From Candidatus Bathyarchaeota archaeon (GTDB taxonomy: Archaea > Thermoproteota > Bathyarchaeia > Bathyarchaeales > Bathycorpusculaceae), in NCBI GenBank assembly GCA_963811105.1, contig CAWEPZ010000002.1, positions 192,001 through 256,000 on the forward strand: 64,000 nucleotides of DNA, given 5' to 3'. This document shows positions 11,357 through 22,287 of this stretch, one piece after another. The notes beneath the pieces are model-generated. The model did no database searches and was not told the DNA's origin. It saw only the letters and a program-made list of their open reading frames with translations. Positions within the stretch are counted from its first letter, which is position 1. Each line of letters begins with the position of its first letter. The position numbers and the translations under genes were made by a program.

Positions 11357-11977
11357 CTAACCACTGGTACCCATTTCTGCAGTATAGTTGGATTCACCCA
11401 TTAAGTAGGTTCCTAAACCAAGCGTCCAGAGCCATAATGGATAGACTATTAAACGTTCTAATCCACCCATGCCTAAGCTTAAAGCGAAACTGGGACTAAC
11501 ACGTTGTGCTAAAAGAGAAAGAAACAACATCAAAAGCGATACAGAACCTAAAGTAACCGATACGTAAGAAAAAGGTGACTTAACCAATTTATAGGACAAT
11601 AGAGCAGCAACCGCCCAAGATACAAACATAATCAGGGCAAAAAGGCTATGCACAGACGGAATAACGTTTTCTGCAACCACTCCTACCATAACGTTACCGA
11701 CACCTGCTATTGCTAATAGGGCGGTGAAGCCTCTGTTCTTGGAACCTTGCATATTGAAATAAGCACCAGCTATAATGAATACACCCAACAAAATAGATGA
11801 GGCAGCGAAAACTGCAGCGAAATTACCTGCTAAACCCCAGTTACCCAAGTCACTTATAACCTGTTGCCCGACAAGGTAATCTGGATAGATTGTTTCACAA
11901 ACGATTTGGGTGAGAATAAATTGGACCAAGCCGACAAATAGCAGCAAACCCGCAATTTTTTTATTATCGTATTTCAT
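11357..11977 (-). CDS. DUF998-type multi-pass membrane protein
   Basis: YPDY..QVISDLG, VHSLFA, LGMGGLERLIVYP; lies between the tRNA-like direct repeats. Confidence 0.75.
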   Translation of the reverse strand: MKYDNKKIAGLLLFVGLVQFILTQIVCETIYPDYLVGQQVISDLGNWGLAGNFAAVFAASSILLGVFIIAGAYFNMQGSKNRGFTALLAIAGVGNVMVGVVAENVIPSVHSLFALIMFVSWAVAALLSYKLVKSPFSYVSVTLGSVSLLMLFLSLLAQRVSPSFALSLGMGGLERLIVYPLWLWTLGLGTYLMGESNYTAEMGTSG

Positions 11978-12115
11978 AATTGAGAAAAGAATCAATTGAT
12001 TAATAAAACTTTAGGGGTGTGCATTATTCCCCTGAAAACTTGTTTAATTAACATTAAAATTAGAAATCCAAGTACAAAACTCAACAACCTTGGTAAACCT
12101 GCTCTAAAAAATGGG

Positions 12116-12169
12116 AATGCGGTTGAGGTCTCCATTGGAGGAGCGTTCAAGTCCTACCCCCCGGCACCA
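12116..12169 (+). repeat. Direct repeat copy 2 ending in a tRNA 3'-end-like sequence with CCA
   Basis: AATGCGGTTGAGGTCTCCATTGGAGGAGCGTTCAAGTCCTACCCCCCGGCACCA. Confidence 0.75.
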
Positions 12170-12246
12170 TTATAAGCATAACTGTAGGGGATAGTCAAAT
12201 AAGTACAAGTCCACTAAATTAACTACTTAGAGTTAGGGATAAGATT

Positions 12247-12417
12247 ATGAGCAAACCTGAAGTGTCATCTTATACTTGTCCACAATGTAATTGGATGATT
12301 ACAACACCTTTTGGTGCAGAGGATAACGCTGACCACATTAAATTGCATACAGAAAAACATCATAGCAAACCCTCAAGAGAGCGTGCTCATTTCAGAGTGA
12401 TTAAAGTAAATAAGTAA
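12247..12417 (+). CDS. Small C2H2-type zinc-finger-like protein (56 aa, below ORF-track cutoff)
   Basis: Read by hand: MSKPEVSSYTCPQCNWMITTPFGAEDNADHIKLHTEKHH...; CxxC plus HxxxH. Confidence 0.55.
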   Translation: MSKPEVSSYTCPQCNWMITTPFGAEDNADHIKLHTEKHHSKPSRERAHFRVIKVNK

Positions 12418-12490
12418 AACGTAACTAAATTCATATTCTTCATTTTATTATCTAGACTATGATTTTCTAAAAGCTTAGAAGATAATTTTA

Positions 12491-12530
12491 AATTTGAATG
12501 AAAAGCTTGATAAACTTAACTTTATTCAAG
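12491..12530 (+). repeat. Repeat family B copy
   Basis: ATGAAAAGCTTGATAAACTTAACTTTA shared with copies at ~30230, ~53370 and ~62940. Confidence 0.85.
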
Positions 12531-12685
12531 TTCTAAAGAATTAACTAAGAAGGGGAACTGTGGGTAATTAGTTCCTGAAAAGAATTTAAACGTGCTCTAA
12601 ACGATTACCTTGATAAAGGAAGGTTTAAATAAATATCGACTCATTTCGTATATGCTTTAAATTAAAAAATGGATGATAACTTAGC

Positions 12686-13177
12686 ATGTCACAGGAATAT
12701 CGCTATATACTTCGTATTATGGGTACGGACGTTCAAGGTACCCTTAAGGTTTCTTACGCAGTAGCACAAGTGAAAGGTGTAAGCCTCAGTCTCTCAAACG
12801 CAATTCTAAAAAAGGCGGGAGTTAACCCTGACCTTCGCGTAGGCTACATAACGGAATCAGATGTTTCGAAAATAGAAGATGTAATCAAAGACCCGGCAAA
12901 ATATAGTCTGCCAATATGGCTTTTTAACAGGCGAAAAGATTCTGACTCAGGGAAAGACCTGCACCTTTTAAGCGCTGACCTTGTTTTAAGAACAAAAAAT
13001 GATATTGATGAAGCCAAAAACATTAGGTCTTGGCGTGGATACCGTCATGCTTACAGCCTGAAAGTTCGTGGGCAACATACAAAAACCACCGGAAGAGCAG
13101 GCAAAGCCTTAGGCGTCAAGAAGAAGACTCTTCTGCAGAAGCCTGGTGGAGCACCCGCAGGTGAAGGAGGCAAATAA
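12686..13177 (+). CDS. rps13: 30S ribosomal protein S13
   Basis: [27 protein letters not shown]. Confidence 0.97.
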   Translation: MSQEYRYILRIMGTDVQGTLKVSYAVAQVKGVSLSLSNAILKKAGVNPDLRVGYITESDVSKIEDVIKDPAKYSLPIWLFNRRKDSDSGKDLHLLSADLVLRTKNDIDEAKNIRSWRGYRHAYSLKVRGQHTKTTGRAGKALGVKKKTLLQKPGGAPAGEGGK

Positions 13178-13179
13178 AC

Positions 13180-13767
13180 ATGGGAGATCCAAAGAAGCAG
13201 CGTAAAAAGTTTGATACGCCAAGATTCCGATGGCGTAAAGACATCCTCCAAGAAGAGCTAAAACTTCTGGGCCAATACGGCTTAAGAAACAAACATGAAC
13301 TTTGGCGTCTCAAAACGACTCTATCAAAAACTAGAGGCATCGCCCGTTCACTTATCAGTAAGACTCCTGAAGAACGAGCAAAAATGGAAAACGAGCAGCT
13401 AATTAAACTTAAGAAACTTGGCATCTTGCCAGATACCGCTGTGTTGGATAACGTTTTAGACTTAACAATCGAAGACATCTTGGAACGCAGACTGCAAACA
13501 GTTGTTTTCCGAAAAGGCTTAGCGCGAACAATTTTCCAATCACGTCAACTAATTAATCACGGGCACGTGACCATAGACGGTCGTCGAGTAACAATCCCAG
13601 GTTACATAGTTCCAAAAGCAGATGAAACCAAAGTTATATATTCACCAGAAAGTGCAGTTGCAAGCCAAGCCCACCCATTACGTGTAGGACTTTCAGTTGT
13701 AGCTAAACAACCAGAAGTTAGACCACCTAGCAGGGGCAGGCGAGGCGGAAGAGGCGGCGGATTTTGA
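13180..13767 (+). CDS. rps4: 30S ribosomal protein S4
   Basis: [34 protein letters not shown]. Confidence 0.97.
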   Translation: MGDPKKQRKKFDTPRFRWRKDILQEELKLLGQYGLRNKHELWRLKTTLSKTRGIARSLISKTPEERAKMENEQLIKLKKLGILPDTAVLDNVLDLTIEDILERRLQTVVFRKGLARTIFQSRQLINHGHVTIDGRRVTIPGYIVPKADETKVIYSPESAVASQAHPLRVGLSVVAKQPEVRPPSRGRRGGRGGGF

Positions 13768-14168
13768 GCGCTGGAAATAAAAGAAATGATAGATGGGCTA
13801 TCGTTCATATATTTAGTTCTTACAATAACACGCTAATCCACATAACTGACATTTCAGGTGCGGAAACAATCGCTCGCACAAGCGGCGGTATGTTCGTCAA
13901 AGCAGATCGCATGGAATCATCACCTTATGCCGCTATGCGTGCAGCAACAGGCGCTGCTGAAGTAGCACGAGACAAAGGAATCACAGCCATCCACATTAAA
14001 GTACGGGCGCCAGGCGGTTCAGGGCCAAGAACTCCGGGACCAGGCGCACAAGCAGCTATACGTGCGTTAGCAAGATTTGGTTTCCGAATTGAACGCATTG
14101 AAGAAGTTACACCAATTCCCCACGACGGCACAAGAAGACCAGGCGGCAGAAGAGGAAGAAGAGTCTAG
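13764..14168 (+). CDS. rps11: 30S ribosomal protein S11
   Basis: [35 protein letters not shown]. Confidence 0.97.
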   Translation: MSAGNKRNDRWAIVHIFSSYNNTLIHITDISGAETIARTSGGMFVKADRMESSPYAAMRAATGAAEVARDKGITAIHIKVRAPGGSGPRTPGPGAQAAIRALARFGFRIERIEEVTPIPHDGTRRPGGRRGRRV

Positions 14169-14272
14169 TCTCAATTTCCCTTCTTTATTAACAGAAAAAT
14201 TGAAATAATCCCCCTATATCTCTATTGAAACGCAAAACCAGTTATAGTAATCTTATTGGAGTGTCCCAGCAA

Positions 14273-15088
14273 GTGAAAATTGAAATCCTTGAAAAAAACG
14301 ATACTAACCTGCGCATAATTGTGAAAGACGCGGACGTTCCGATAATGAACGCTCTACGTCGAATAGCACTTGCTGAGGTTCCAAGCATGGCAATTGAAGA
14401 GGTTGTCATGATAGAAAACTCGTCAATTCTACAGGACGAAATTATCTCGCATCGATTGGGACTTACACCATTGAAAACTGATTTAGACGCTTACAACCTT
14501 CCTGAAGAATGTGAATGTAAGAGCGAATTCGGTTGCCCTCAATGTCGAGTAACGCTTACTTTGGACGCTGAAGCTAAGGATGGAACAAGAACCGTTTATT
14601 CGGGCGAACTAATATCTGACAACCCCGAAATAATTCCTGTCTCAGATAAAATCCCAATAATTAAGTTGGCTAAAAATCAAAAATTGAAACTTGAAGCTTA
14701 TGCTCGTCTGGGAAGAGGCAAAACCCATGCAAAATGGCAACCAGTTTCAATGTGTGTTTACAAATATTTCCCAAAAATCACCGTTCCTGCAGAGAAATGT
14801 GACGAGTGCTCAAAATGTGCTGACATTTGCTCTAAGAAAGTGCTGTCAATTAAAGATGAACAAGTTGATGTACGTGATTTATTATCATGTAACCTTTGCA
14901 TGGATTGTATTGAAGCTTGCCCAACAAAGCCTTCTCCACTAAAAATAGAATGGGAGAAGAACGCATTCATAATGACTATAGAGTCAACGGGCGCACTTCC
15001 GCCTGAACGCATACTTAGAGAAGCCACCAAAACGCTAGACAAAGAATTAAACGAACTTGAAGAATTATTAAAGGCTGAACCGCAATGA
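14273..15088 (+). CDS. rpoD: RNA polymerase subunit D (Rpo3) with Fe-S domain
   Basis: NALRRIALAEVPSMAI, HRLGLTP, HAKWQP, ferredoxin-like Cys clusters. Confidence 0.96.
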   Translation: MKIEILEKNDTNLRIIVKDADVPIMNALRRIALAEVPSMAIEEVVMIENSSILQDEIISHRLGLTPLKTDLDAYNLPEECECKSEFGCPQCRVTLTLDAEAKDGTRTVYSGELISDNPEIIPVSDKIPIIKLAKNQKLKLEAYARLGRGKTHAKWQPVSMCVYKYFPKITVPAEKCDECSKCADICSKKVLSIKDEQVDVRDLLSCNLCMDCIEACPTKPSPLKIEWEKNAFIMTIESTGALPPERILREATKTLDKELNELEELLKAEPQ

Positions 15089-15447
15089 AAGATACCAAAA
15101 CCACAAACCCGGAATTAATCTCGCTTATTCGTCTCCTAAAGAAGGAAAGCAGGGAAAAGCAAGCAGCAATATGGTTAGATTTAGCTGAATACTTATCCAA
15201 ATCAAGAAGCCAACGTGTAGCCGTTAACCTGAGCCGAGTAAACAGGAACACAAAACCAAGCGACATCATTGTGATTCCAGGCAAGCTCTTAGGTTCAGGC
15301 AGCATAAATCATCCAGTAACCGTAGCGTCATTTAGCGCTTCTGAGAAAGCAAAGGAAAAACTTACAGCTGCCAAAGCTAAATACATTTCAATCCCTGAGC
15401 TCTTGGAGGAAAATCCTAAGGGTTCAAACGTAAGAATTATTCGGTGA
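15085..15447 (+). CDS. rpl18e: 50S ribosomal protein L18e
   Basis: TTNPEL, VNLSRVNR, IPGKLLGSG. Confidence 0.95.
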   Translation: MKDTKTTNPELISLIRLLKKESREKQAAIWLDLAEYLSKSRSQRVAVNLSRVNRNTKPSDIIVIPGKLLGSGSINHPVTVASFSASEKAKEKLTAAKAKYISIPELLEENPKGSNVRIIR

Positions 15448-15453
15448 GAAAAG

Positions 15454-15903
15454 ATGCAAACAACTAAAAATACATCTATTACACTCGTTAACGCTGAAGG
15501 ATTAATTGTTGGCAGAATGTGCAGCAAAGTTGCCAAACGATTACTGAACGGCGAAGAAGTAATCATTCTCAACGCAGAAAAAGCGGTGTTTTCAGGTAAA
15601 AGGAAGAGCAAAATCTTAGAAGGTCACATATTCCTTGAAGTTGGCGCTCCAGAGCGCGGTCCATTCCATTATCGAAGGCCAGACAAATACCTTCGTAAGG
15701 TCGTAAGAGGTATGGTTCCGTATAAGCAGCCTAAAGGTAAAAATGCGTATAAAAGGCTGAAAGTATTCATGGGTGTACCTATCGAACTTAAAGATAAAGA
15801 AATGATAACGTTCGATGAAGCTTCATCTGCCGACCTGAAGGGTCCACATATTACCCTTGGCGAATTGGCAAAAGAAATCGGATGGAAAAATAGGATGGAA
15901 TAA
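15454..15903 (+). CDS. rpl13: 50S ribosomal protein L13
   Basis: GRMCSKVAK, NAEKAV, GPFHYRRPD, VRGMVP. Confidence 0.96.
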   Translation: MQTTKNTSITLVNAEGLIVGRMCSKVAKRLLNGEEVIILNAEKAVFSGKRKSKILEGHIFLEVGAPERGPFHYRRPDKYLRKVVRGMVPYKQPKGKNAYKRLKVFMGVPIELKDKEMITFDEASSADLKGPHITLGELAKEIGWKNRME

Positions 15904-15905
15904 TT

Positions 15906-16316
15906 ATGCCCGCAAAAAAAGTCTTAGTTGTTAGTGGAAAAAGAAAAACAGCAGTCGCCCGCGCCATAGTTAAACAAGGCGTTGGTAGAGTACGAATAAA
16001 CATGACTCCGGTTGAAATTTACGAGCCAGACATCGCTCGAGCAAAAGTAATGGAGCCTCTATTGCAAGCAGGTTCAGACATTTGGCAGCAATTAGATATG
16101 GATGTTAAAACTAGCGGCGGAGGCTATATGGGACAGGCGGAAGCTGCGCGTATGGCGGTTGCAAACGCACTTTTGAAATGGACGAAGAGTACACATCTGC
16201 GAACAGTATTTAGCGAATATGACCGAACCATGATTGCTGGGGACTCAAGGGCTAAAGAGACCAAGAAGTTCGGCGGAGCAGGTGCAAGAGCAAAAGAACA
16301 GAAAAGCTATAGGTAA
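15906..16316 (+). CDS. rps9: 30S ribosomal protein S9
   Basis: [26 protein letters not shown]-terminus. Confidence 0.97.
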   Translation: MPAKKVLVVSGKRKTAVARAIVKQGVGRVRINMTPVEIYEPDIARAKVMEPLLQAGSDIWQQLDMDVKTSGGGYMGQAEAARMAVANALLKWTKSTHLRTVFSEYDRTMIAGDSRAKETKKFGGAGARAKEQKSYR

Positions 16317-16330
16317 GGTGGAAAAAACAA

Positions 16331-16561
16331 ATGATTATTCCCGTAAGATGCTTCACCTGCGGCAAACTGGTTGGAGACAAATGGGAAGAATTCACACGCC
16401 GCATCAAAACAGGCGAAAATGCAAGCGACATATTAGATAGTTTAGGCTTGAAACGGTACTGCTGCAGACGAATGTTGCTTTCAAATGTAGAAATAGTAGA
16501 TGAAGTCCTACGGTTCTACGAAGAAGCAGAGAAGCGAAAAGAAGCGCGCAACTTTTACTAA
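16331..16561 (+). CDS. rpoN: RNA polymerase subunit N (Rpo10)
   Basis: [19 protein letters not shown]. Confidence 0.97.
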   Translation: MIIPVRCFTCGKLVGDKWEEFTRRIKTGENASDILDSLGLKRYCCRRMLLSNVEIVDEVLRFYEEAEKRKEARNFY

Positions 16562-16583
16562 TTTTTCCCTTTTAGCACGGTCA

Positions 16584-17144
16584 TTATTTCGGCTTTTCTT
16601 CATTTTGGTTATCTTTACCGAAACGATTCTCAAGCCAAGTGTTTGCCCATTTATCAACCAAGGTATCTAGAAGGCTTGATTGATAGGCGATTAAAATCTT
16701 TGCAATTCTATCCTCATCTTTAATAGTATAAATATTTTCGTAGCCTACCTTAGTTCTTTCAACAATTCCATTTTCTACCAAGCACTTTAAGTAAAAAGAA
16801 GCTGTTGAGGTAGGTATTTTTAACTCTTCAACTATTAATCGATACTTTGCCTTTTTGTTTACTGAAATTATCAGAACAAGTTCTCTCAGTCTCTTATGTC
16901 TCAAAACGGATAGAAGCTTTTTCTCCTCAGGATCAAGTGGATTGGAATAATACCTCGTGTAATGTTCAGATTTTTCCTCAACAATAACATTTCTTCTCGA
17001 CATGTAGTTTAGGTGGTATTGAAGGCTCGCTAAAGGAATATCCAATATTCTTTGGAGTTCTCTTATATGTATACCTGGATTTTTCTTTATGATCGCATAT
17101 ATTTTTTGTCTTCTGGCGTTTTCCAGAATTTCTTCTTTGAACAT
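16584..17144 (-). CDS. Tandem winged-HTH transcriptional regulator
   Basis: RQKIYAIIKKNPGIHIRELQR..LQYHL plus a second HTH (STASFYLKCL). Confidence 0.8.
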   Translation of the reverse strand: MFKEEILENARRQKIYAIIKKNPGIHIRELQRILDIPLASLQYHLNYMSRRNVIVEEKSEHYTRYYSNPLDPEEKKLLSVLRHKRLRELVLIISVNKKAKYRLIVEELKIPTSTASFYLKCLVENGIVERTKVGYENIYTIKDEDRIAKILIAYQSSLLDTLVDKWANTWLENRFGKDNQNEEKPK

Positions 17145-17149
17145 TCTTC

Positions 17150-17446
17150 CTATTCCTTTAAAGCTCCATAAAGGATAAACAAAAGTGCTATTGCGTCTAA
17201 CAGAAGATGCCAACTGTCAGTGAATTCTTTGTTATAGGTGCTGCTTAACAATTCAGGGATAGAGAGCAAACCGTGAGTAAAGAACAATCCAAACCCAACG
17301 GTTAATAGAAGTGTCTTTTTGTTTCGAAGACGAGAAAAAGTCAACAAAGCGATAGAGAAAATCACTGTTGTCACTATAATGAACACTATTCTTACCAAGT
17401 AGGCAATTGCTGGTAACATTTCTAACACCTTTTCTGGATATAGCAA
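17150..17446 (-). CDS. Small membrane protein co-oriented with the wHTH regulator
   Basis: Three hydrophobic segments; 5 nt upstream of the regulator start. Confidence 0.65.
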   Translation of the reverse strand: MLYPEKVLEMLPAIAYLVRIVFIIVTTVIFSIALLTFSRLRNKKTLLLTVGFGLFFTHGLLSIPELLSSTYNKEFTDSWHLLLDAIALLFILYGALKE

Positions 17447-17884
17447 TCATCATACTTAGCTAATATAATTTTAGCAAAATAACGTAAAGTGATTTATTAG
17501 CTTTTAATATTCCGAGTTTTATTAGAGTGGCCTGACAAAACTTCTGAAATGATAAGAATGCAACCAAAATGGGTTCCGTAATTGTTTGGACTCTCCAGCT
17601 TCTAATACTATTATGGTCTATCTGGAAAAAGAAATAATTCTTGCTTTTTAACAAGTTTTTGTAAAAAAAATGCTATTTCATTTCTTTGAGAGCGAGTTTC
17701 AGAATTCCATCTTAGAATAGACAATGACAAACCTAAGTTTTGATTGATTTGCAAACTTTTATGGTAAATGCTAATTTGGCAATAAATTTAAGAACATGGT
17801 CTTGTATGCTTGGGTTAAGAGAAATGTAATTCTGTTAGCTCAACTAATAGTTTTGCACCCTCTAAAAATTAAGGAAGATAAAGA

Positions 17885-20575
17885 ATGAATCTAAATAAAA
17901 AAAACCTAACTTTTGCAATATTCGTTTCAGCTCTAATGATAGCTTCTATGATCGTTATTATCGTACCAGTAAGAGCGCAACAAGGAGTAACTATTGGAAC
18001 AGCACAAACTCCCACTACAGGCGGGCCTGTACCAGCAGGCGTAACTCCAAGCTTATCACTTAATACAATAGCATACATGAGTTTCTCACCGAACCCGATA
18101 GGCGTTGGACAGCAGTTACTAGTAAACATTTGGCTGCAACCGGCAACTCAGGTCAATCGAGCACACACCGGATACACCGTAATAATTACAAAGCCAGATG
18201 GAACAACTGAGACTGTTGGACCCTTGGTTTCTTTCCAAGCAGATACAACAGCATGGTTTACCTACTCGCCTGATGTAGCAGGTAACTATACACTTCAATT
18301 CTTCTTTGCAGGTGACTATTATCCAGCAGGATACTATTTCCAAGGACTCAAGGCCAATACAACCCAATCTGGAACCATCATTGTCTCAGCTGGCACAAGC
18401 ACCAACACCGGTTTCAATGCTACCCAAGATGTCTACTATATGCCTTCAAATACCGACAAATACACTCTTACCGTCCAACAAGATCAAGTGACTAGTTGGC
18501 AACCCACACCGCTCCCAGGGCTAGGGGATTACTGGACAAGACCAATCCACCCAGATAACAGAGAATGGTGGGTAATCGGCGGAAACGACCCTAATAACGA
18601 AGTCGGAGGCGGCACAGGAACACCAGGCTGGCCAGACAACACTAACGTATACTCTAGCAACTACAAATTCGTGCCCTATGTTACAGGCCCAACCAGCGCA
18701 CACGTAGTATGGAGATTACAAGGTGCATTAGACGGTATATTTGGCGGACTAATTGACGGAGCTTACACCACAGCCCAAGCACCAGACGTGGACTTTTCAG
18801 GTGCAGCCTTTACATTCGGATACACTGGTCCAAGCAACGGAGGAAACCCGGCAATTGTATTTGACGGAAGAACTTACAATTCAATCGTAAAACAGGTCGA
18901 CGGCGTAACACAAACCGTCTGGGAATGCGCTGACATACGTACAGGACAAGTCTACTGGGATCTAACAAACGTTGCTCACCCGCCAACACTGATTTCATAC
19001 GCTGAAAATTCGCCGCCAGTACCAGGAGGATTAGGACGAACCGACAGAACAACTGTGAGTCTCTTATACTTAGGCTCAAACCTTGTTACAAAATACAACC
19101 CAATAACAGGCGCAATCACACTTAACGCGACAATTCCAAGTCTCGGATCCAGCACTCTATACGCTGACCCATATGTTCTATCAGTTCAGACACTTGGAAG
19201 CGGAGCAAGCACACAATATCGCTTAATAAACTGGACACTCCAAGGACTTGGTACAAACACCACGGCATTTCCCACTAGCAACGTAATAAGCAACATAACT
19301 TTCCCGTTCAACAGCATAGGCACCGCAGACTTTGAAACCATGATAGCCATCCAGTCAACAGCCAGTTCTCCAGCTGCAACCGGAGTAGCCTCGGACGTTT
19401 CAATAATGGGCGTTTCCTTGACATCAGGAAAATTGCTCTGGAATGAATCATCAGGCGTTGGTTACCCAATCTTCAGCGGACTAGGACTTGCAGATCACGG
19501 AAAATACGCAAACCGCTTTGACGATGGTCACTTCTATTGTTATGACGAAGCAACAGGCAAACTGCTCTGGAAGAGTCAAATCTCAAGCATCCCATGGGGA
19601 ACATTCGGCGCGTACCAAGATGAATCAGCTTACGGCCTCATATTCTACAACCAATATGACGGCATCGTTGCATACGATTGGAATACAGGAAATGTAGCTT
19701 GGCACTATGAAGCACCCGCAGTACCCTTTGAAACCCCGTACCTGACAAACGGCGTTGGAAACCCAACCAACTCAAGTCAAGGGCAATCCTTCTTCAGCGG
19801 AAGTGTCATCGCAGACGGAATGGTATACACCTATGCAGTTGAGCACTCACCTACTGCTCCATTGACCAGAGGCTGGGACACATATGCAATTAACGCTACA
19901 ACCGGTGCTCTTATATGGAAAACCTTAGGTTCGATGATTCCAGGCGTTGTCGCAGACGGCTACTTAACAGCAACCAACTACTATGACGGATACATGTACA
20001 CCTTTGGCATGGGACAAAGCGCAACTACAGTAACAGCACCACTCAACCAAATCGTTGTAGGACAAAATGTTGCAATAACAGGCACAGTGTCAGACAAATC
20101 TCCATCAACTCTGCAAACTCCAGAATATGCACCAGGCACAAACGTTCCTTGTGTTTCACACGATTCAATGGGTGACTTTATGGCATACCTATTCCAGCAA
20201 GCGCCACGACCAGCAAACCTCACCGGAGTTCCTGTCTCAATCGACGTTGTTGATCCTAACGGAAACTCAGTGCACATTGCTACCCCAACAAGTGACGGCA
20301 ATACAGGTGTTTTCGGCTCCACGTGGACTCCAACAATCCCAGGTGAATACAAGATATACGCAAGCTTTGCAGGTGATGATTCATACGGGTTCTCAACAGC
20401 TGCTACCTTTGCAACAGTAACGCAAGCCCAAGCCTCTCCAGCACCAACAGCAACAACAACAACTCAAACAACAAGCGTAACCATGAGTGACTTCGTATCA
20501 TACTTCGTTGTAGGCATAATAGTGATAATAATCGCAATCGCAATAGTCGGCGCATTAATCCTAAGAAAACACTAA
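17885..20575 (+). CDS. Large secreted PQQ-like beta-propeller / Ig-like surface protein with C-terminal TM anchor
   Basis: Signal peptide, repeated TGxxxW propeller motifs (RTGQVYW, TSGKLLW, ATGKLLW, NTGNVAW, TTGALIW), Thr-rich linker, TM plus LRKH. Confidence 0.85.
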   Translation: MNLNKKNLTFAIFVSALMIASMIVIIVPVRAQQGVTIGTAQTPTTGGPVPAGVTPSLSLNTIAYMSFSPNPIGVGQQLLVNIWLQPATQVNRAHTGYTVIITKPDGTTETVGPLVSFQADTTAWFTYSPDVAGNYTLQFFFAGDYYPAGYYFQGLKANTTQSGTIIVSAGTSTNTGFNATQDVYYMPSNTDKYTLTVQQDQVTSWQPTPLPGLGDYWTRPIHPDNREWWVIGGNDPNNEVGGGTGTPGWPDNTNVYSSNYKFVPYVTGPTSAHVVWRLQGALDGIFGGLIDGAYTTAQAPDVDFSGAAFTFGYTGPSNGGNPAIVFDGRTYNSIVKQVDGVTQTVWECADIRTGQVYWDLTNVAHPPTLISYAENSPPVPGGLGRTDRTTVSLLYLGSNLVTKYNPITGAITLNATIPSLGSSTLYADPYVLSVQTLGSGASTQYRLINWTLQGLGTNTTAFPTSNVISNITFPFNSIGTADFETMIAIQSTASSPAATGVASDVSIMGVSLTSGKLLWNESSGVGYPIFSGLGLADHGKYANRFDDGHFYCYDEATGKLLWKSQISSIPWGTFGAYQDESAYGLIFYNQYDGIVAYDWNTGNVAWHYEAPAVPFETPYLTNGVGNPTNSSQGQSFFSGSVIADGMVYTYAVEHSPTAPLTRGWDTYAINATTGALIWKTLGSMIPGVVADGYLTATNYYDGYMYTFGMGQSATTVTAPLNQIVVGQNVAITGTVSDKSPSTLQTPEYAPGTNVPCVSHDSMGDFMAYLFQQAPRPANLTGVPVSIDVVDPNGNSVHIATPTSDGNTGVFGSTWTPTIPGEYKIYASFAGDDSYGFSTAATFATVTQAQASPAPTATTTTQTTSVTMSDFVSYFVVGIIVIIIAIAIVGALILRKH

Positions 20576-20703
20576 ACAAAAAAAGCTCAAAAATAAATTT
20601 CCTTTCTTTTCTTTTTTTTGATTTAATTGCCTACAAATTGAAGCAAGTATTCAAACAAAAACGTTTTATAAACAAACAAACATTTCTTTATTTGGAATCA
20701 ACC

Positions 20704-21000
20704 ATGAAATTTTTGATAGTTCAAAAAGTAAAACGTGAAGTTCCACTCGAAAAATGGTCGAAACTGCTTCCGCTGCAATTCAAATATTTTGAAAAGCTCG
20801 AGAAGGAAAAAACGATTGAGGCAGATTACCATCTTGTAGGGCATCAGGGCACCATGCTCATAGTGAATGTTGAGTCAGATGAGCAACTTTCAAAAGTAAT
20901 CGGTCAAGACCCCTTGTTTTTTGAATGCGAAAGAGAAATCTACCCGCTCACAACACGTCAGACACATGAGAAACAAATAAGAGAACTAATCAAGCCATAA
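20704..21000 (+). CDS. Muconolactone delta-isomerase-like dimeric alpha/beta barrel protein
   Basis: MKFLI..YHLVGHQGTMLIVNVESDEQL..DPLF..EIYPL pattern. Confidence 0.6.
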   Translation: MKFLIVQKVKREVPLEKWSKLLPLQFKYFEKLEKEKTIEADYHLVGHQGTMLIVNVESDEQLSKVIGQDPLFFECEREIYPLTTRQTHEKQIRELIKP

Positions 21001-21017
21001 CACCGACGGTTTTAAAT

Positions 21018-21579
21018 ATGGGTTGCCACGGCGGTTTCTCACTAGACGAAACAACAAGACGTTCATGGTACAAACCAGAAAACATCTTACGAAACCTAAG
21101 CGCAGGTATGGTTTTTGCTGACATAGGATGCGGCGACGGATTCTTCAGCATTTTAGCTGCAAAAAAAGTCGGCGTAACAGGTAGAGTATACTCTGCAGAT
21201 ATTGATGCGTCAGCGATAGAAAAGCTCAAGCGGAAAGCGGAAAATGAAGGTTTAAAAAACATCACCGCCGAAATTGGTGTTGCTGAAGAAACCGTTTTGT
21301 GCACCGAATGTGCTGATTTCGTTTTCTACAGTATGGTGCTTCATGATTTCGCTGACCCAGCAAAAGTGTTGCAAAATGCTCGAAAAATGATTAAGCCTAC
21401 TGGTAGGTCTAGTTAATTTGGATTGGAAAAAACAAGAAATGACTTTTGGTCCACCCGTTAAAATTAGATTCAGCCAAGAACACGCGTCAACTCTAATTCA
21501 GGAGGCAGGCTTCCAATTAGTCAGTCTTAAAGATGCTGGGAAATATCATTATATTTTGACTGCTAAGCCTTTGCCGTGA
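21018..21579 (+). CDS. Class I SAM-dependent methyltransferase with a +1 frameshift near 21408
   Basis: ADIGCGDG motif I, VYSADID; the other frame continues LVNLDWKKQEMTFGPP..EAGF to TGA at 21579. Confidence 0.8.
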
Positions 21580-21583
21580 AAAG

Positions 21584-22189
21584 TTAGGTTGATTCAGCTT
21601 TTGCGTAGAGCTCAAGTAGATCTCGTTTGAACAGTTCAGGGTCGTTTTTGTAGGCGGAGTGTCCTGCTCCATTATAGATTAAGAGTTTAGAGTTAGGCAG
21701 CTTGCCAGCTAAAGTTCTCATATCTTCTCCTGATATGATGTTGTCGTTTGAACCCCAAATTACCTTAACTGGAAAGTTGAAGTTGCTATAAGCTTTCACT
21801 AGTTCTTCATCAAGTATTCTAGAAGGTCCAATTAAAAGCAAGCTTTTAACAGGAAACCTTGCAGCATACTTCAATGCGATGTGACCGCCCAAGCTGGCGC
21901 CTACAATAAAAGGCACCGTTGTTCCGAACACGCTCTTTATTGCGTCAGCGGCAAATGTAACGTTAGTTTCGACGTTTCTGGTTTTGGGTTGGCAGCTGCT
22001 TCTTAGCCCATACGGCATATCTAGAGCCAAAAATGGTATACGCTTTGCAATCAATAAATCTGTTACTCCAATCTGTTGCCAAATGTCCATTGTATAAGAT
22101 AATCCATGCAGAAAAACGATTGGAACTCCTGGTGAATCGAAATACAAAGCATTGCATTTACGGCCAGCCAAAGTTAATGTTTTTTCCAT
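21584..22189 (-). CDS. Alpha/beta hydrolase (ABHD14-like)
   Basis: FLHG oxyanion motif, GASLGG nucleophile elbow, WGSND, GAGH. Confidence 0.88.
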   Translation of the reverse strand: MEKTLTLAGRKCNALYFDSPGVPIVFLHGLSYTMDIWQQIGVTDLLIAKRIPFLALDMPYGLRSSCQPKTRNVETNVTFAADAIKSVFGTTVPFIVGASLGGHIALKYAARFPVKSLLLIGPSRILDEELVKAYSNFNFPVKVIWGSNDNIISGEDMRTLAGKLPNSKLLIYNGAGHSAYKNDPELFKRDLLELYAKAEST

Positions 22190-22287
22190 GAAATTTAGTT
22201 ATTCTTCGTTTCTTATAACATTTGACCGCCGCAAAAACGTCGAAAAGGATAATAGCTCTTTATGAACTCTTTAGTTTGGTGATTTTT

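Noticed and set aside
11282-12169. Intact tRNA genes
   Set aside because: Only a T-loop and 3' acceptor strand are present; the T-stem does not pair fully and no D or anticodon arm or 5' strand is visible.
14780-14925. Ferredoxin-like Cys clusters in RpoD as a novel fusion
   Set aside because: An Fe-S domain in archaeal Rpo3 is well known.
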